From: Pelagomonas calceolata
Taxonomy: Eukaryota
Assembly (NCBI GenBank): GCA_918797485.1
Contig: CAKKNE010000006.1
Coordinates: 2,914,001-2,978,000 of the forward strand
DNA: 64,000 nt
Direction of reading: 5' to 3'
Of this stretch, positions 21,295 through 31,132 are shown piece after piece. The notes beneath the pieces are model-generated. The model was given only the letters and a program-made list of their open reading frames with translations, was not told the origin of the DNA and searched no databases. Position numbers and translations under genes: made by a program. Each line of letters opens with the position of its first letter. The stretch's first letter is position 1.

Positions 21295-22560
21295 CTACTC
21301 GCCGAGGTCGAGCTCGGCCCAGGGCTCCTTCGAGTAGCAGTACAATAACGCCGCGTCCTTGAGCCGGTCGAGCGCGCCGTGCGTCGCCAAGCTATGGACG
21401 CAGTCGCTCTTGTTCGATGTTTCGCGGTCGTAGGCAAGCCGCGCCGCGGCATGGTCCCCATCTTCCAAACCCGACGCGGCCTCCGACGCGGGCACGAAGA
21501 CCGGCGCGCCGTTCTGGTCCCGGTACAAGCCCACCAGGTTCTTGTCCGCGTCGTAGGCCGGGAAGCCGAGGACCGCGCCGTCGCGCACCGGGCGAAACTT
21601 CTTCGCGAGCACCGTCCTCACTTGGGACTCGACCTCGCGGCTCTGGGCCGTCTCCGTGAACGGCGGCAAGGGCACGTCCTCCCCATGGCCGGAGCCGTCG
21701 CCGGCGGGACCGCCCGTGTAGACCGAGGACACGCCCCGCTGTAACACGGGCGGCGCCATGCTTCCAGCGCCGGCCAGCGCGTGGAGCGCGCTCTGGCCCT
21801 CGGCCTCGTCCAAGATTGCCAGCGTCATCCCCGCCGACGTGCGCATGCGGCTCATAGAGGGTGCTTGCATCGGCGGGACGCTCCGCGGCTTCTTCCTCTT
21901 TTGGTTTTCTCCTAATAAAGGTGCGATGTCCTTCTCGTACTTTCTTTGTAGTGTATCGATGATGGCGTTGGGGTTGCGCATCTGGTAGTCTACGCCCGAG
22001 ACCCTCCAGCGCATTTCATCTAACGAAGACACAGCCTCCTGGATCCACTCCGCCACCGACGACGGCAGGCCATCCTCCGAGACTTGCGGTAGAGGTGCCC
22101 TAGTACGAGGAGGAGAGGTAGACGCCCGGCGCCGCTTGTTCCTCTTCGACCTAACATGCACCTTCTGCGTTCTCACACTTTCGATGCCCTCCTCGTCACA
22201 CGACACCTCCACACAAAAACACTGGCCCTGGTGGTTCTTCGACACGTCCTCCACTCGAGCCTTCACGGTCAACAACCCGCCCTTCAGTGACAAGCCCCGT
22301 TTCCTACCATCTTCCGTCCAGACCCGCAGGATCGACTGGTTCTCGACGATTTTGCCCGTGTCGGCGTAGCGCAGCGCGCACTTTACTTTCACATCTTTTT
22401 TCACCTTCTTGCCCGTGCTGTCATTTAGTGAAAGCTTCAGTAATATACATTTGTGCTGGCCCCCTTCGTCCTTGTACCAGACGGCGGCGCCCTGCTTTTT
22501 GGATTCCGCCGCGTCGTGCTCGAGGATGCCGCCCTGCTCGATGGCCAGCTGGAGGGCCAT
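21295..22560 (-). CDS. Putative DNA-binding protein, CudA/p53-fold-like
   Basis: VWYKDEGG...ARVEDVSKNHQGQCFCVEV...VHVRSKRNKRRR with a basic NLS; family resemblance recognised by eye only; ATG at 22560. Confidence 0.5.
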   Translation of the reverse strand: MALQLAIEQGGILEHDAAESKKQGAAVWYKDEGGQHKCILLKLSLNDSTGKKVKKDVKVKCALRYADTGKIVENQSILRVWTEDGRKRGLSLKGGLLTVKARVEDVSKNHQGQCFCVEVSCDEEGIESVRTQKVHVRSKRNKRRRASTSPPRTRAPLPQVSEDGLPSSVAEWIQEAVSSLDEMRWRVSGVDYQMRNPNAIIDTLQRKYEKDIAPLLGENQKRKKPRSVPPMQAPSMSRMRTSAGMTLAILDEAEGQSALHALAGAGSMAPPVLQRGVSSVYTGGPAGDGSGHGEDVPLPPFTETAQSREVESQVRTVLAKKFRPVRDGAVLGFPAYDADKNLVGLYRDQNGAPVFVPASEAASGLEDGDHAAARLAYDRETSNKSDCVHSLATHGALDRLKDAALLYCYSKEPWAELDLGE

Positions 22561-22810
22561 GGGGGCAGCCTGTTTTTTTTTGGCTGTCCAGGAAATTTCT
22601 AAGCATGTACTTTGGCGTGGGGTGGTGCTTTCTATAGAGATTTTTAAGGGGTGCTGTGAGACACCCTGGGAGCGGTTGGCCGGGTGCATCTATCGGCATG
22701 GGACGGGTTTTCCCTCAAACCCGTACGCATGGCTGTGTATGTAAAGCGGCCGCTGCGCGACACGCATCGATCGAGGCACAACGACTAACCGGCTTCGCGG
22801 CACTCCTGCG

Positions 22811-23347
22811 ATGGCCGAGCTCGCGGCGGCAGAGGAGGACGCCTGGTCCGACGAGGACTGGCAGGCCTTTCCGCCGCTCTACACGCTGCAGCCGCACGCG
22901 GCGACGCGCGAGGCGCAGCTGAACGTGTGGATCGATTTGCTGTGGCGCTGGTGCAAGGCGCAGAACAGCTGGACCGTGGACGTGGCGAGCTGCGACGTCT
23001 TCGTCAATGAAACCATCAACCGGAGGCTCGACGAGAACGGTCGACGCGAGGTCGCGAAGGCGGCGTGCCGCGCGGGCCGCGGCGAGCTGCTCGAGAACGG
23101 CGCTTTGTTCGTCCTAGAACAGCAGCCGAAGGACCTCGCGCGGCAGCTCTACGAGTGGGCCAAGGCGACGGGCAGGCTCGGCGGCGTCTTCACGCTGGCG
23201 GAGCTCGACGACGACGGCCCGCTCGCGGGCGCCGACGCGCGGCTGCGGACGGCGGCGCTGGACGCGCTCGAGGCCGCGGACCGGTGCGCCGTCTTCACGG
23301 GCGCGACGTCGGCCGAGGCGGGCGTGAAGTTTTTTCGGGAGGAGTAG
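22811..23347 (+). CDS. VPS25: ESCRT-II subunit VPS25
   Basis: FPPLYTLQP...TREAQLNVW, FVNETINRRL, VFTLAEL and C-terminal GVKFF; 178 aa. Confidence 0.9.
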   Translation: MAELAAAEEDAWSDEDWQAFPPLYTLQPHAATREAQLNVWIDLLWRWCKAQNSWTVDVASCDVFVNETINRRLDENGRREVAKAACRAGRGELLENGALFVLEQQPKDLARQLYEWAKATGRLGGVFTLAELDDDGPLAGADARLRTAALDALEAADRCAVFTGATSAEAGVKFFREE

Positions 23348-23569
23348 TCTCTAATGTGTTTTGTGTGATAGCGACGATGGCGTACAGGGCACTGCGCTGC
23401 GGTATCCCCATAATACTTATTGATCGCGCGCGGGCCAATCACATGGATTCCAATCATTGCCAGTGAGCTCGGAAAAACAAGCCTGAGTGGAAAAACTCGG
23501 CGGCGCCGTGAGGATGATGGCACATTGCTAGCGGCACATTAGTCTCCTTCATTTACAAGAAATAGGACC

Positions 23570-26500
23570 TTACTGAATTGCGCAAGTGGAACTGCCTGAT
23601 GTCGGCCCAGATGATAAAGATAGTTCGGCGAGGTGCTTTTGGCACTTCTTTGTCATACGATTGCCGGTGCGCGTATATATCGGGAGAGCACGTTCTAGGA
23701 GCTCGCGTTTCTTGGCGTTGTCGCCGAGGTTGCCATGGGCTATGCCGAGATTGAACAGCGTGCTGGCCACTTGCGCGTGGTCGCGGCCGTACTTGCGCTC
23801 CTTGATCGCGAGCGCGCGCTCTAGCACGTCTCGCTTCTTCGCGTGGTCGCCTAAGTCGCCGTACGCGATCCCGAGGTTCGTCAGCGTGCTGGCCACTTGC
23901 GCGTGGTCGCGGCCGTACTTGCGCTCCTTGATCGCGAGCGCGCGCTCCAGCACGTCTCGCTTCTTCGCGTGGTCGCCCAAGTCGCCGTACGCGTTCCCGA
24001 GGTTATTCAGCGTGCTGGCCACTTGCGCGTGGTCGCGGCCGTACTTGCGCTCCTTGATCGCGAGCGCGCGCTCCAGCACGTCTCGCTTCTTCGCGTGGTC
24101 GCCCAAGTCGCCGTACGCGTTCCCGAGGTTATTCAGCGTGCTGGCCACTTGCGCGTGGTCGCGGCCGTACTTGCGCTCCTTGATCGCGAGCGCGCGCTCC
24201 AGCACGTCTCGCTTGTTCGCGTGGTCGCCCAAGTCGCCGTACGCGTTCCCGAGGTTATTCAGCGTGCTGGCCACTTGCGCGTGGTCGCGGCCGTACTTGC
24301 GCTCCTTGATCGAAAGCGCGCGCTCCAGCACCTCTCGCGCCTTTGCGTGGTCGCCTAATTTACTGTATGCGTCCCCGAGGTTCGTCAGCGTGCTGGCCAC
24401 TTCCGGATGGTCGCGGCCGTACGCCCGCTCCTCGATCGCGAGCGCGCGCTCCAGCATGTCTCGCTTCTTCGCGTAGTCGCCCAAGGCGCCGTACGCGTTC
24501 CCGAGGTTCCCCAGCGTGATAGCCACTTCCGGATGGTCGCGGCCGTACGCCCGCTCCTTGATCGCGAGCGCGCGCTCCAGCACGTCGCGCTGCTTCGCGT
24601 AGTCGCCTAACCTGCCGTACGCGTTCCCGAGGTTATCCAGCGTGGCGGCCACTTGCGCGTGGTCGCGGCCGTACGCCCGCTCCTTGATCGCGAGCGCACG
24701 CTCCAGCATGTCTCGTTTCTTCGCCTGGTCGCCTAAGGCGCCGTACGCGTTCCCGAGGTTATTCAGCGTGCCGGCCACTTTCGGGTGGTCGCGGCCGTGC
24801 GCCCGCTCCTTGATCGCGAGCGCGCGCTCCAGCACGTCTCTACTCTTCGCGTGGTCGCCTAAGTCGCCGTACGCGAGCCCGAGGTTGTTCAGCGTGATGG
24901 CCACTTGCGCGTGGTCGCGGCCGTACGCCCGCTCCTTGATCGCGAGCGCGCGCTCCAGCATGTCTCGTTTCTTCGCGTTGTCGCCTAAGGCGCCGTACGC
25001 GTTCCCGAGGTTCCCCAGCGTGCCGGCTACATTCACGTGGTCGCGGCCGTAGGTCCGCTCGTCGATCGCGAGCGCGCGCTCCAGCATGTCGCGCTTCTTC
25101 GCGTGGTCGCCTAAGTCGCCGTACGCGCACCCGAGGTTCGACAGCGTGAGGGCCACGCTCGCGTGGTCGCGGCCGTACGCCCGCTCCTTGATCGCGAGCG
25201 CGCGCTCCAGCATGTCTCGCTTCTTCGCGTGGTCGCCTAAGTCGCCGTACGCGCACCCGAGGTTCGTCAGCGTGGGGGCCACGCTCGGGTGGTCGCGGCC
25301 GTACGCCTGCTCCTCGATCGCGAGCGCGCGCTCATAAATGGCTCGTGCCTTGGCAGGTTCGCCGAGAGAGTTGTACGCGCTCCCGAGGTTCGTCAGCGTG
25401 GTGGCCACCTGCACGTGGTCGCGGCCGTACGCCCGCTCCTTGATCGCGAGCGCGCGCTCCAGCACGTCTCGCTCCTTCGCGTGGTCGCCCAAGTCGCCGT
25501 ACGCGCTCCCGAGGTTCGTCAGCGTGGTGGCCACCTGCACGTGGTCGCGGCCGTACGCCCGCTCCTTGATCGCGAGCGCGCGTTCCTGTATGTCTCGTGC
25601 CTTGGCGTGGTCGCCTAGGTCGGCGTACGCGTTCCCGAGGTTCCCCAGCGCCACGCCCGTCTCCTTGCTCTCCGCACCAAACGCGCGCTCCCTCTCCGCT
25701 AGGATAGCCTCCCGGACCTTCACGACGCCCGCAGATTCCTGTATCGACTCGAGCAGATCGCAGAGCCCCTCGAGCAAACTCGCGTCCGCGTCGGACCCGA
25801 GCACGTGGTCCACCAACTCCTCCACATCGTTCGCCTCGTCAACTGGAAGCTTGCACAGCATCTCGAGCCGCTGCGCGACGGCGTCTGAATTTCCCAAGAA
25901 AAACGACCGGAAATACTCGTAGACCGTGTGGCTCTGGTGCAGCGCTTCCGACTCTTTGATCGGCATGAGGTGAATTTGCAGCTCGCACATGTGCGACACG
26001 TTCTCGACTTTCACGGCGACGTTCATCAAAATATCCTGATAGCCGTTGAAGAGCGGCGGCGCGAACCGGTTCTTCGTCCGCACGATATCCACGCGGTCGT
26101 CGGCCTCCAGCGCCTTGTACAAACTGACGAGGGCGTCCTCCGTTTGACAGAGGGCCGCCCCGCGCGTAATGTCGAAGAGCCACGAGTAGCACGGCGCGGT
26201 CTTGTCCGCGTACTCGTCGCGCGCCTTAGCGCCGGCGCGGTCGCGTCCTTTCAGCGGCGCGAACATCAGCTTTACACCGCTTTCAGGGCACGCGGCCGTC
26301 ATAATTTCCTCGAACTGCACCCTCGCCAGCACGGCGACCTCGTACAGCGCGTCGAGCGACGCGGCCGGCTTGCCGTCGAGGCCGCACTGCCGACACTCGT
26401 CTCCTAAATTCTTGCCCACCCAGGGGATCTTCTTCACATCACCCTTGATGTGCACGCGCGCGATCTCGTCGATTTGTTCACGCGCTGCTTTGAAGGCCTT

Positions 26501-26722
26501 CAGGTTGTGAAACATGCATTTCCGCGGGTCGAGCGCGCGTTCGTCGTGCTCCTTGGCGTGGGCCTCGATGGTAGGCCAGGCAGCCACGCGCGTCCCATCG
26601 GGGCCCTCGGTCGCGGCGGCATCAAAGGCTTTCTTCTTCTCCGCGTCGTACAGCACGCCGATTTCATTCTTGATGGCTACCTCGGACAGTGGTGCGCCCT
26701 CCGTCGACACGCCAGCACCCAT
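23570..26722 (-). CDS. RelA/SpoT-like nucleotidyltransferase fused to 16 42-aa TPRs; N-myristoylation and CaaX motifs
   Basis: MGAGVS start; APLKGRDRAGAK...DITRG...VRTKNRF...NGYQDILMNV...CELQIHL; TPR array; ends CAIQ-stop. Confidence 0.8.
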   Translation of the reverse strand: MGAGVSTEGAPLSEVAIKNEIGVLYDAEKKKAFDAAATEGPDGTRVAAWPTIEAHAKEHDERALDPRKCMFHNLKAFKAAREQIDEIARVHIKGDVKKIPWVGKNLGDECRQCGLDGKPAASLDALYEVAVLARVQFEEIMTAACPESGVKLMFAPLKGRDRAGAKARDEYADKTAPCYSWLFDITRGAALCQTEDALVSLYKALEADDRVDIVRTKNRFAPPLFNGYQDILMNVAVKVENVSHMCELQIHLMPIKESEALHQSHTVYEYFRSFFLGNSDAVAQRLEMLCKLPVDEANDVEELVDHVLGSDADASLLEGLCDLLESIQESAGVVKVREAILAERERAFGAESKETGVALGNLGNAYADLGDHAKARDIQERALAIKERAYGRDHVQVATTLTNLGSAYGDLGDHAKERDVLERALAIKERAYGRDHVQVATTLTNLGSAYNSLGEPAKARAIYERALAIEEQAYGRDHPSVAPTLTNLGCAYGDLGDHAKKRDMLERALAIKERAYGRDHASVALTLSNLGCAYGDLGDHAKKRDMLERALAIDERTYGRDHVNVAGTLGNLGNAYGALGDNAKKRDMLERALAIKERAYGRDHAQVAITLNNLGLAYGDLGDHAKSRDVLERALAIKERAHGRDHPKVAGTLNNLGNAYGALGDQAKKRDMLERALAIKERAYGRDHAQVAATLDNLGNAYGRLGDYAKQRDVLERALAIKERAYGRDHPEVAITLGNLGNAYGALGDYAKKRDMLERALAIEERAYGRDHPEVASTLTNLGDAYSKLGDHAKAREVLERALSIKERKYGRDHAQVASTLNNLGNAYGDLGDHANKRDVLERALAIKERKYGRDHAQVASTLNNLGNAYGDLGDHAKKRDVLERALAIKERKYGRDHAQVASTLNNLGNAYGDLGDHAKKRDVLERALAIKERKYGRDHAQVASTLTNLGIAYGDLGDHAKKRDVLERALAIKERKYGRDHAQVASTLFNLGIAHGNLGDNAKKRELLERALPIYTRTGNRMTKKCQKHLAELSLSSGPTSGSSTCAIQ
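23648..25663 (-). repeat. Coding tandem array of 16 x 126-nt TPR units
   Basis: Unit approximately QVAxTLxNLGxAYGDLGDHAKKRDVLERALAIKERxYGRDHA; units 12-15 are nearly identical at DNA level. Confidence 0.95.
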
Positions 26723-27096
26723 TTTGTGCTACAACACTCTATGTCTACAGTATGGAGTCAAGCTGCTCCGGGCTTTTAGGCTGCCCCAAATGCCAAATCG
26801 GTGCGCGTTTGGGCGCCTCCCTTCTTCAGCTGTAGCTGTTGTGTTAGCGCAGCCCCGACGTTGTGCTTAAGGGCAGCTGCTCGATAAGCATGAGCATCCC
26901 TGAGCATCGCACAGATCGGGCGCGCGCTACAAGCTCGTACGCCGCCGCCGCGCCGCGCCGGGACGAGAGGCGGCGAGACCCCTACCAGCAGTAAGGAGAC
27001 CTCCCGGACCCCCGAACGACATCTCACGGAGAAAAAATAAGGAAACGTTGACGCCGCCGACGCGGCGACTAGCACTAGAGACTAGACTTGATAAGG

Positions 27097-28908
27097 TTAG
27101 GCCACCACGCATCCCGCGCACCCCTCCTCGGCCGCGCGCCGCGCCACGACGCCGCTGCCCTCGCTCGTCACGACCCAGGACCCGCTCGTAAAGTCGAACG
27201 ACGGCACGTCGCCGCCCCTGACGGTGACGTAGCCGCGGATCGCCGTGGCTTCCGGCGCGTCGCCCGGCGCCGGGCCCCGCACGAAACCCGCGTTCGCCGC
27301 GACGCAGTGCTCTATCGTGCACGACGCGCCCGGCGCGCATTTGACGACGAGGCCGCCGTCCAATTGGAGCGACTTCACGGTGACGTCGCCCTCCAGTATT
27401 AAAGTGGAGCGCTCCGTCACGGTCACGAATTTTGGGGAGGGCACGCGACCCTTCAGCGCCTTGAGAGAGGTGGCGAAGGACGGCAGGAGGACGATGGCCG
27501 GCCTTAGATTGTCGACGGCGACGCCGCCCCACGCCTCCGGCATGGACTGCTTCTCGACGGCACACCCGCACCACCGTAACATTTCCGCGCAGTGGGCGTA
27601 CTGGTCCGCTTCTGCCGATAAAGCACACGCTGGTGGACTTTTCGTGGCGGCGTCGGCCGTGGCATTTTTACAGGGCGAGAACGAGATCCAGGCGTCCACG
27701 GACGTAAAACCGACCTTCTCCTCCTTCGCCAACACCTTGGGGTAGTCCTGCATCATGCATTCCAACCGGGCGGGCTTCTTGAAGGTCGTCTTCGTCGAGT
27801 CCGCGTATTTGGGGTTCACGAACTCGCCCATGACGCCGCGCGTCTTCTCCAAAGTTTGGGCGTAGGGCCCACACGCCAAGACGAACTGGTTGATGTTGCC
27901 CGGGTAGGGCGAGTGGACTCCGTCGGCGCCGGCCACATCTCCTCTGGGATCGACGGTAGCTTTCAGGAGAGGTCCCAATTGATTGTACTCGACGTTCAGC
28001 GTCATCTCGCGGCCATCTTCATGCGTTAATTTGGCCACGCCGCCCACGGCCTGGCCGGGCAATCTAGGAACGGTCAGAAAGTTGCAGTGCAAATTATGTT
28101 GTTTCGACACTCCTAACGTAGCCAACAACGGTCGAAATCCTAGAGCGTTCGTGTCCTGGAAGAAGTAGACCCACTTCCGGCCCTGCGAAGCCCACTTCTT
28201 CACGAGACCGGACTGATGTAACAAAACGTGGACGTCGCCGTGGCCGTGGGGCTTGGCCTGCACCTCATACGTTGATAAGGGTGCTATTCTAGCGTCGTTG
28301 TCCTGGAGCGCGGGCACCTTTTCCTGCTTCATGAGCGTGATCTGGCCCTTGGCGGCTCCAAAGTCGTTATTTTCCTTCAAGAGTTGCCGCGTCATGGCCT
28401 CGGTGTCGCCGGACACCATGATGGCCAAAGGCAGCCGGTCACCTAAGGCTAGTAACGTCTTGACGTAGTACTCGAGGTATTTCGTCGCCGACGCCGTCTC
28501 CGTCGGCAGCTCGACCTTGATGCGGGAATAGCCTAATCTTTCGCCCAAACCGCCCGCGACGAGCACGAAGGCGCATTTGGAGACCTCTTGACTGCCAAGG
28601 TCCTCCGCTTGCAACCAGGCCTCGCTGCCGAACTGCAACGATTCGCCTTGGGGCACGGACGGCGTCCAGCCCTCCAAGGGGTTGGCGCCCTTGGCCGACG
28701 CCGCTAACAGATCGCGCGCCGACGCGAGGTAGGCTTTCAAGCCGCCGGGATACGCGCCGTCGAGGGTCGCGATTTGATCGTAAAACGCCTTGCGCTGCTC
28801 TTTCGTGTCGCTCGCCTTCCAGTCCTTGTAGAGGTGCTCCTGCTTCTCGGCGATGAGTATATCGCGCAGCTTCTGCTGCGCCGGCGTGTCCGCTGGGTAC
28901 TCGCTCAT
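27097..28908 (-). CDS. USP: UDP-sugar pyrophosphorylase
   Basis: YPGGL, LVAGGLGERLG, KPHGHGDVH, FFQDTN, NVEYNQL, EFVNPKY and RLECMMQDYP motifs; ATG at 28908. Confidence 0.93.
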   Translation of the reverse strand: MSEYPADTPAQQKLRDILIAEKQEHLYKDWKASDTKEQRKAFYDQIATLDGAYPGGLKAYLASARDLLAASAKGANPLEGWTPSVPQGESLQFGSEAWLQAEDLGSQEVSKCAFVLVAGGLGERLGYSRIKVELPTETASATKYLEYYVKTLLALGDRLPLAIMVSGDTEAMTRQLLKENNDFGAAKGQITLMKQEKVPALQDNDARIAPLSTYEVQAKPHGHGDVHVLLHQSGLVKKWASQGRKWVYFFQDTNALGFRPLLATLGVSKQHNLHCNFLTVPRLPGQAVGGVAKLTHEDGREMTLNVEYNQLGPLLKATVDPRGDVAGADGVHSPYPGNINQFVLACGPYAQTLEKTRGVMGEFVNPKYADSTKTTFKKPARLECMMQDYPKVLAKEEKVGFTSVDAWISFSPCKNATADAATKSPPACALSAEADQYAHCAEMLRWCGCAVEKQSMPEAWGGVAVDNLRPAIVLLPSFATSLKALKGRVPSPKFVTVTERSTLILEGDVTVKSLQLDGGLVVKCAPGASCTIEHCVAANAGFVRGPAPGDAPEATAIRGYVTVRGGDVPSFDFTSGSWVVTSEGSGVVARRAAEEGCAGCVVA

Positions 28909-29180
28909 GCTGTGGATCGGCGGAGATGTCGCTGTGGCTCGAAGCTTGGCGTGGAGGATGACGGTGCAGCCGAGGTGCACTCGCAGTGGGTTTTGGCTGC
29001 AACAGTGCGGCGTATGGCCAAGATGCGGCGATGACACACCCCAAAAAATAGTCGAGCTAGCGTCATGTAACACACTTAATTGAACTCAGAGCTGTGATTT
29101 TGAGTTCTTAGACATACGCCCCACTGAATTTGCTCTCGCAGCGCTGCATTCATACCTACACGCCAGCCGCAACCACCACC

Positions 29181-30461
29181 ATGCTCCTCCGCGCCGCCCT
29201 CCTCGGCCACCTCGCACATGCCCTCGTCGCCCCGCCGCGCCTCATCAGGCCGCGCCTGCACCTCGCTTCAACCACAACCGAAACCAAGGGCGACAGTACA
29301 GTAGAGACGCTCGCCCGCAGCGTGCAGATTGGTGCTGTGGGCGGCACCATCATCGCCGGGTTCCGCAAATGCGTGGACACGTTGCATGGGGACGTCTTCT
29401 TCAAGGGTTTGAGTTTTGACGTCTGCGCCAAGGACCCGAAGTTCATCCTCGGGCCCGTTATTGGCGCGCTGATCGTCGGTAAAGCGCTGCAGGGGGGCAA
29501 GACCGTCGCACAACTCAAAGACGTCACACTGCGGAGAGAACCGCTGAAGAAGCGGGACCAGGCGACGCGCGGCGCCGCGGCTGCCTTGACGCTCGGAAGC
29601 GGCTGCTCTTTGGGTCCGGAGGGGCCCTGCGTCGAGCTGGGTGCCGCGACGGGCCAGTGGGCGGCGTCCCAAGGCGGCAAGCCAAACGCGCTGGCCGCGG
29701 CCGGCGTCGCCGCCGGCGTCGCGGCAGGTTTTGATGCCCCTACCGCTGCGGTAGCGTTTGCCTTGGAGTCTGATACTAAAAATGCTGATACGACGGCCGC
29801 GGTGTCCGCAATTACGGCGGCGGGCGTCGCGTCCTACGTCTCGCGCGCTCTGTTAGGTGTTCCTAGCACCACTAGAAAAGGCAGCAAAGGGCTCGCAGCA
29901 GTCGTGACGAACTGGAAACTGACAGATGTGGGACCCCTCATGAGCGTGGCGCAAGATGTTGTCATAGCCTCCTTCGTCGCAGCGGTCTTCGCCAAGGCCT
30001 TGCGAACGAGCGCCGACTTGTTCAAGAGGGCGCCGTCCGTCAACGACTCGTTGGATGCAGCTAGAGCCGCGGCCATCACCGGTGCGATCACTCTAGCGGT
30101 AGGTTCGCCCATGATTCTGTTCTGGCACTCGGCGCCCTTTAAAGCTGCCTTAGCCGGGTCGTTGTCGCGGAACCGCGTGCTGACGCTGGCTGCGGCGAAG
30201 GTCGCGGCGACTGGTGCTTGTGTCAGTTCGCCCCTGGTCGGAGGCCTCTTCGCACCCACCCTAATCCTGGGCGCGCTCGGCGGCGCGGCCGTGTCGCCGA
30301 CCGTCGCGCGCTACGCCGCCGCGGCCTGTCTCGGGGCCTTTTTCGGCACTCCCGTCACCGGAGCACTATTGGTCGCGGAACTGCTCAAGGCGCCGGCGCT
30401 GGTGCTGCCTTCATTTATTGCCGCGGTGCTCGCGCGGGCGCTGCTGCAGCGGGCGGAGTGA
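29181..30461 (+). CDS. CLC-family chloride channel/transporter, divergent, probably plastid-targeted (CLC-e-like)
   Basis: SLGPEGPCVELG, AAGVAAGFDAP and GGLFAPTL motifs; presequence AHA-LVAP. Confidence 0.85.
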   Translation: MLLRAALLGHLAHALVAPPRLIRPRLHLASTTTETKGDSTVETLARSVQIGAVGGTIIAGFRKCVDTLHGDVFFKGLSFDVCAKDPKFILGPVIGALIVGKALQGGKTVAQLKDVTLRREPLKKRDQATRGAAAALTLGSGCSLGPEGPCVELGAATGQWAASQGGKPNALAAAGVAAGVAAGFDAPTAAVAFALESDTKNADTTAAVSAITAAGVASYVSRALLGVPSTTRKGSKGLAAVVTNWKLTDVGPLMSVAQDVVIASFVAAVFAKALRTSADLFKRAPSVNDSLDAARAAAITGAITLAVGSPMILFWHSAPFKAALAGSLSRNRVLTLAAAKVAATGACVSSPLVGGLFAPTLILGALGGAAVSPTVARYAAAACLGAFFGTPVTGALLVAELLKAPALVLPSFIAAVLARALLQRAE

Positions 30462-30486
30462 TTTAAGTTTTGGAGATTTACTACGC

Positions 30487-30771
30487 TTAAAACTCCTTGC
30501 CCTCCTGGCCGGACGTCCGGTCGTGGTAGTAGCGCTCGTCGACGAGCGCGTTCTCCTCGTCCGTGATGCCGGGAATGTATCGTCTTGCTTTGCCATCGTC
30601 GTAGTCGCGGGTGCGGTAGCACCGACCTGCGTGCGAGAAGGTCGCGTCGATGGCGTGCGAATTGGACCTTAATTATGCGCACTGGCAGCGACGGCAGCCC
30701 ACGCAGATGAGAATCGCGCCGACGATCGCGGCGGCCGTGATCAGGCCGGCGTAGAGCGGTTTCATCGGCAT
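30487..30771 (-). CDS. 72-aa single-pass membrane microprotein; exons 30771-30693 and 30626-30487
   Basis: Splicing the 66-nt intron gives MPMKPLYAGLITAAAIVGAILICVGCRRCYRTRDYDDGKARRYIPGITDEENALVDERYYHDRTSGQEGKEF. Confidence 0.65.
30627..30692 (-). mobile_element. Short decayed introner intron (66 nt, GT-AG)
   Basis: TSD GTCGCTGC/GTCGGTGC (7/8, minus strand); CACGCCATCGACGCG family motif; ends CGCACGCAG. Confidence 0.75.
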
Positions 30772-31132
30772 CGTCGCGCGCGAGAGCGATCTGACCCAGT
30801 CGAGACGACGACGGTGGATACTTTGTCCGCCCGCCGCGGTCGGTCCGCTGCGAGCAATGCGAATCACTAGAGACAGGCCTCACAGAGTCACAGGAGCAGT
30901 CTAACCTGAGACTCACGATCGGTGGATCGCGACGAGCCCAGCCAACCCGTGGCGTACCCAACCACCAAGAGAATGTGCCTGTCGACGACGCCAACGACGA
31001 GCCTCGGAGAGTGAGCGCCGAGCATGCCCTGCTGCAATTTCAGTGCAAAACGGGTTTCTCGTCGCACGACTCTCGCTCCACGACCAGGAGCAAGTATACA
31101 CGTCTTCATTAGGACAGGGGAGAGGGGAACAA

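Noticed and set aside
23528..23543. Half copy of the CTAG motif (CTAGCGGCACATTAGT); similar weak match at 20535-20552
   Set aside because: Only partial matches, and the 23528 copy lies between convergent genes; neither was counted.
23648..25663. Regular repeat array resembling a CRISPR array or satellite
   Set aside because: The units are 126-nt in-frame coding TPRs with no unique spacers, and there are no cas genes.
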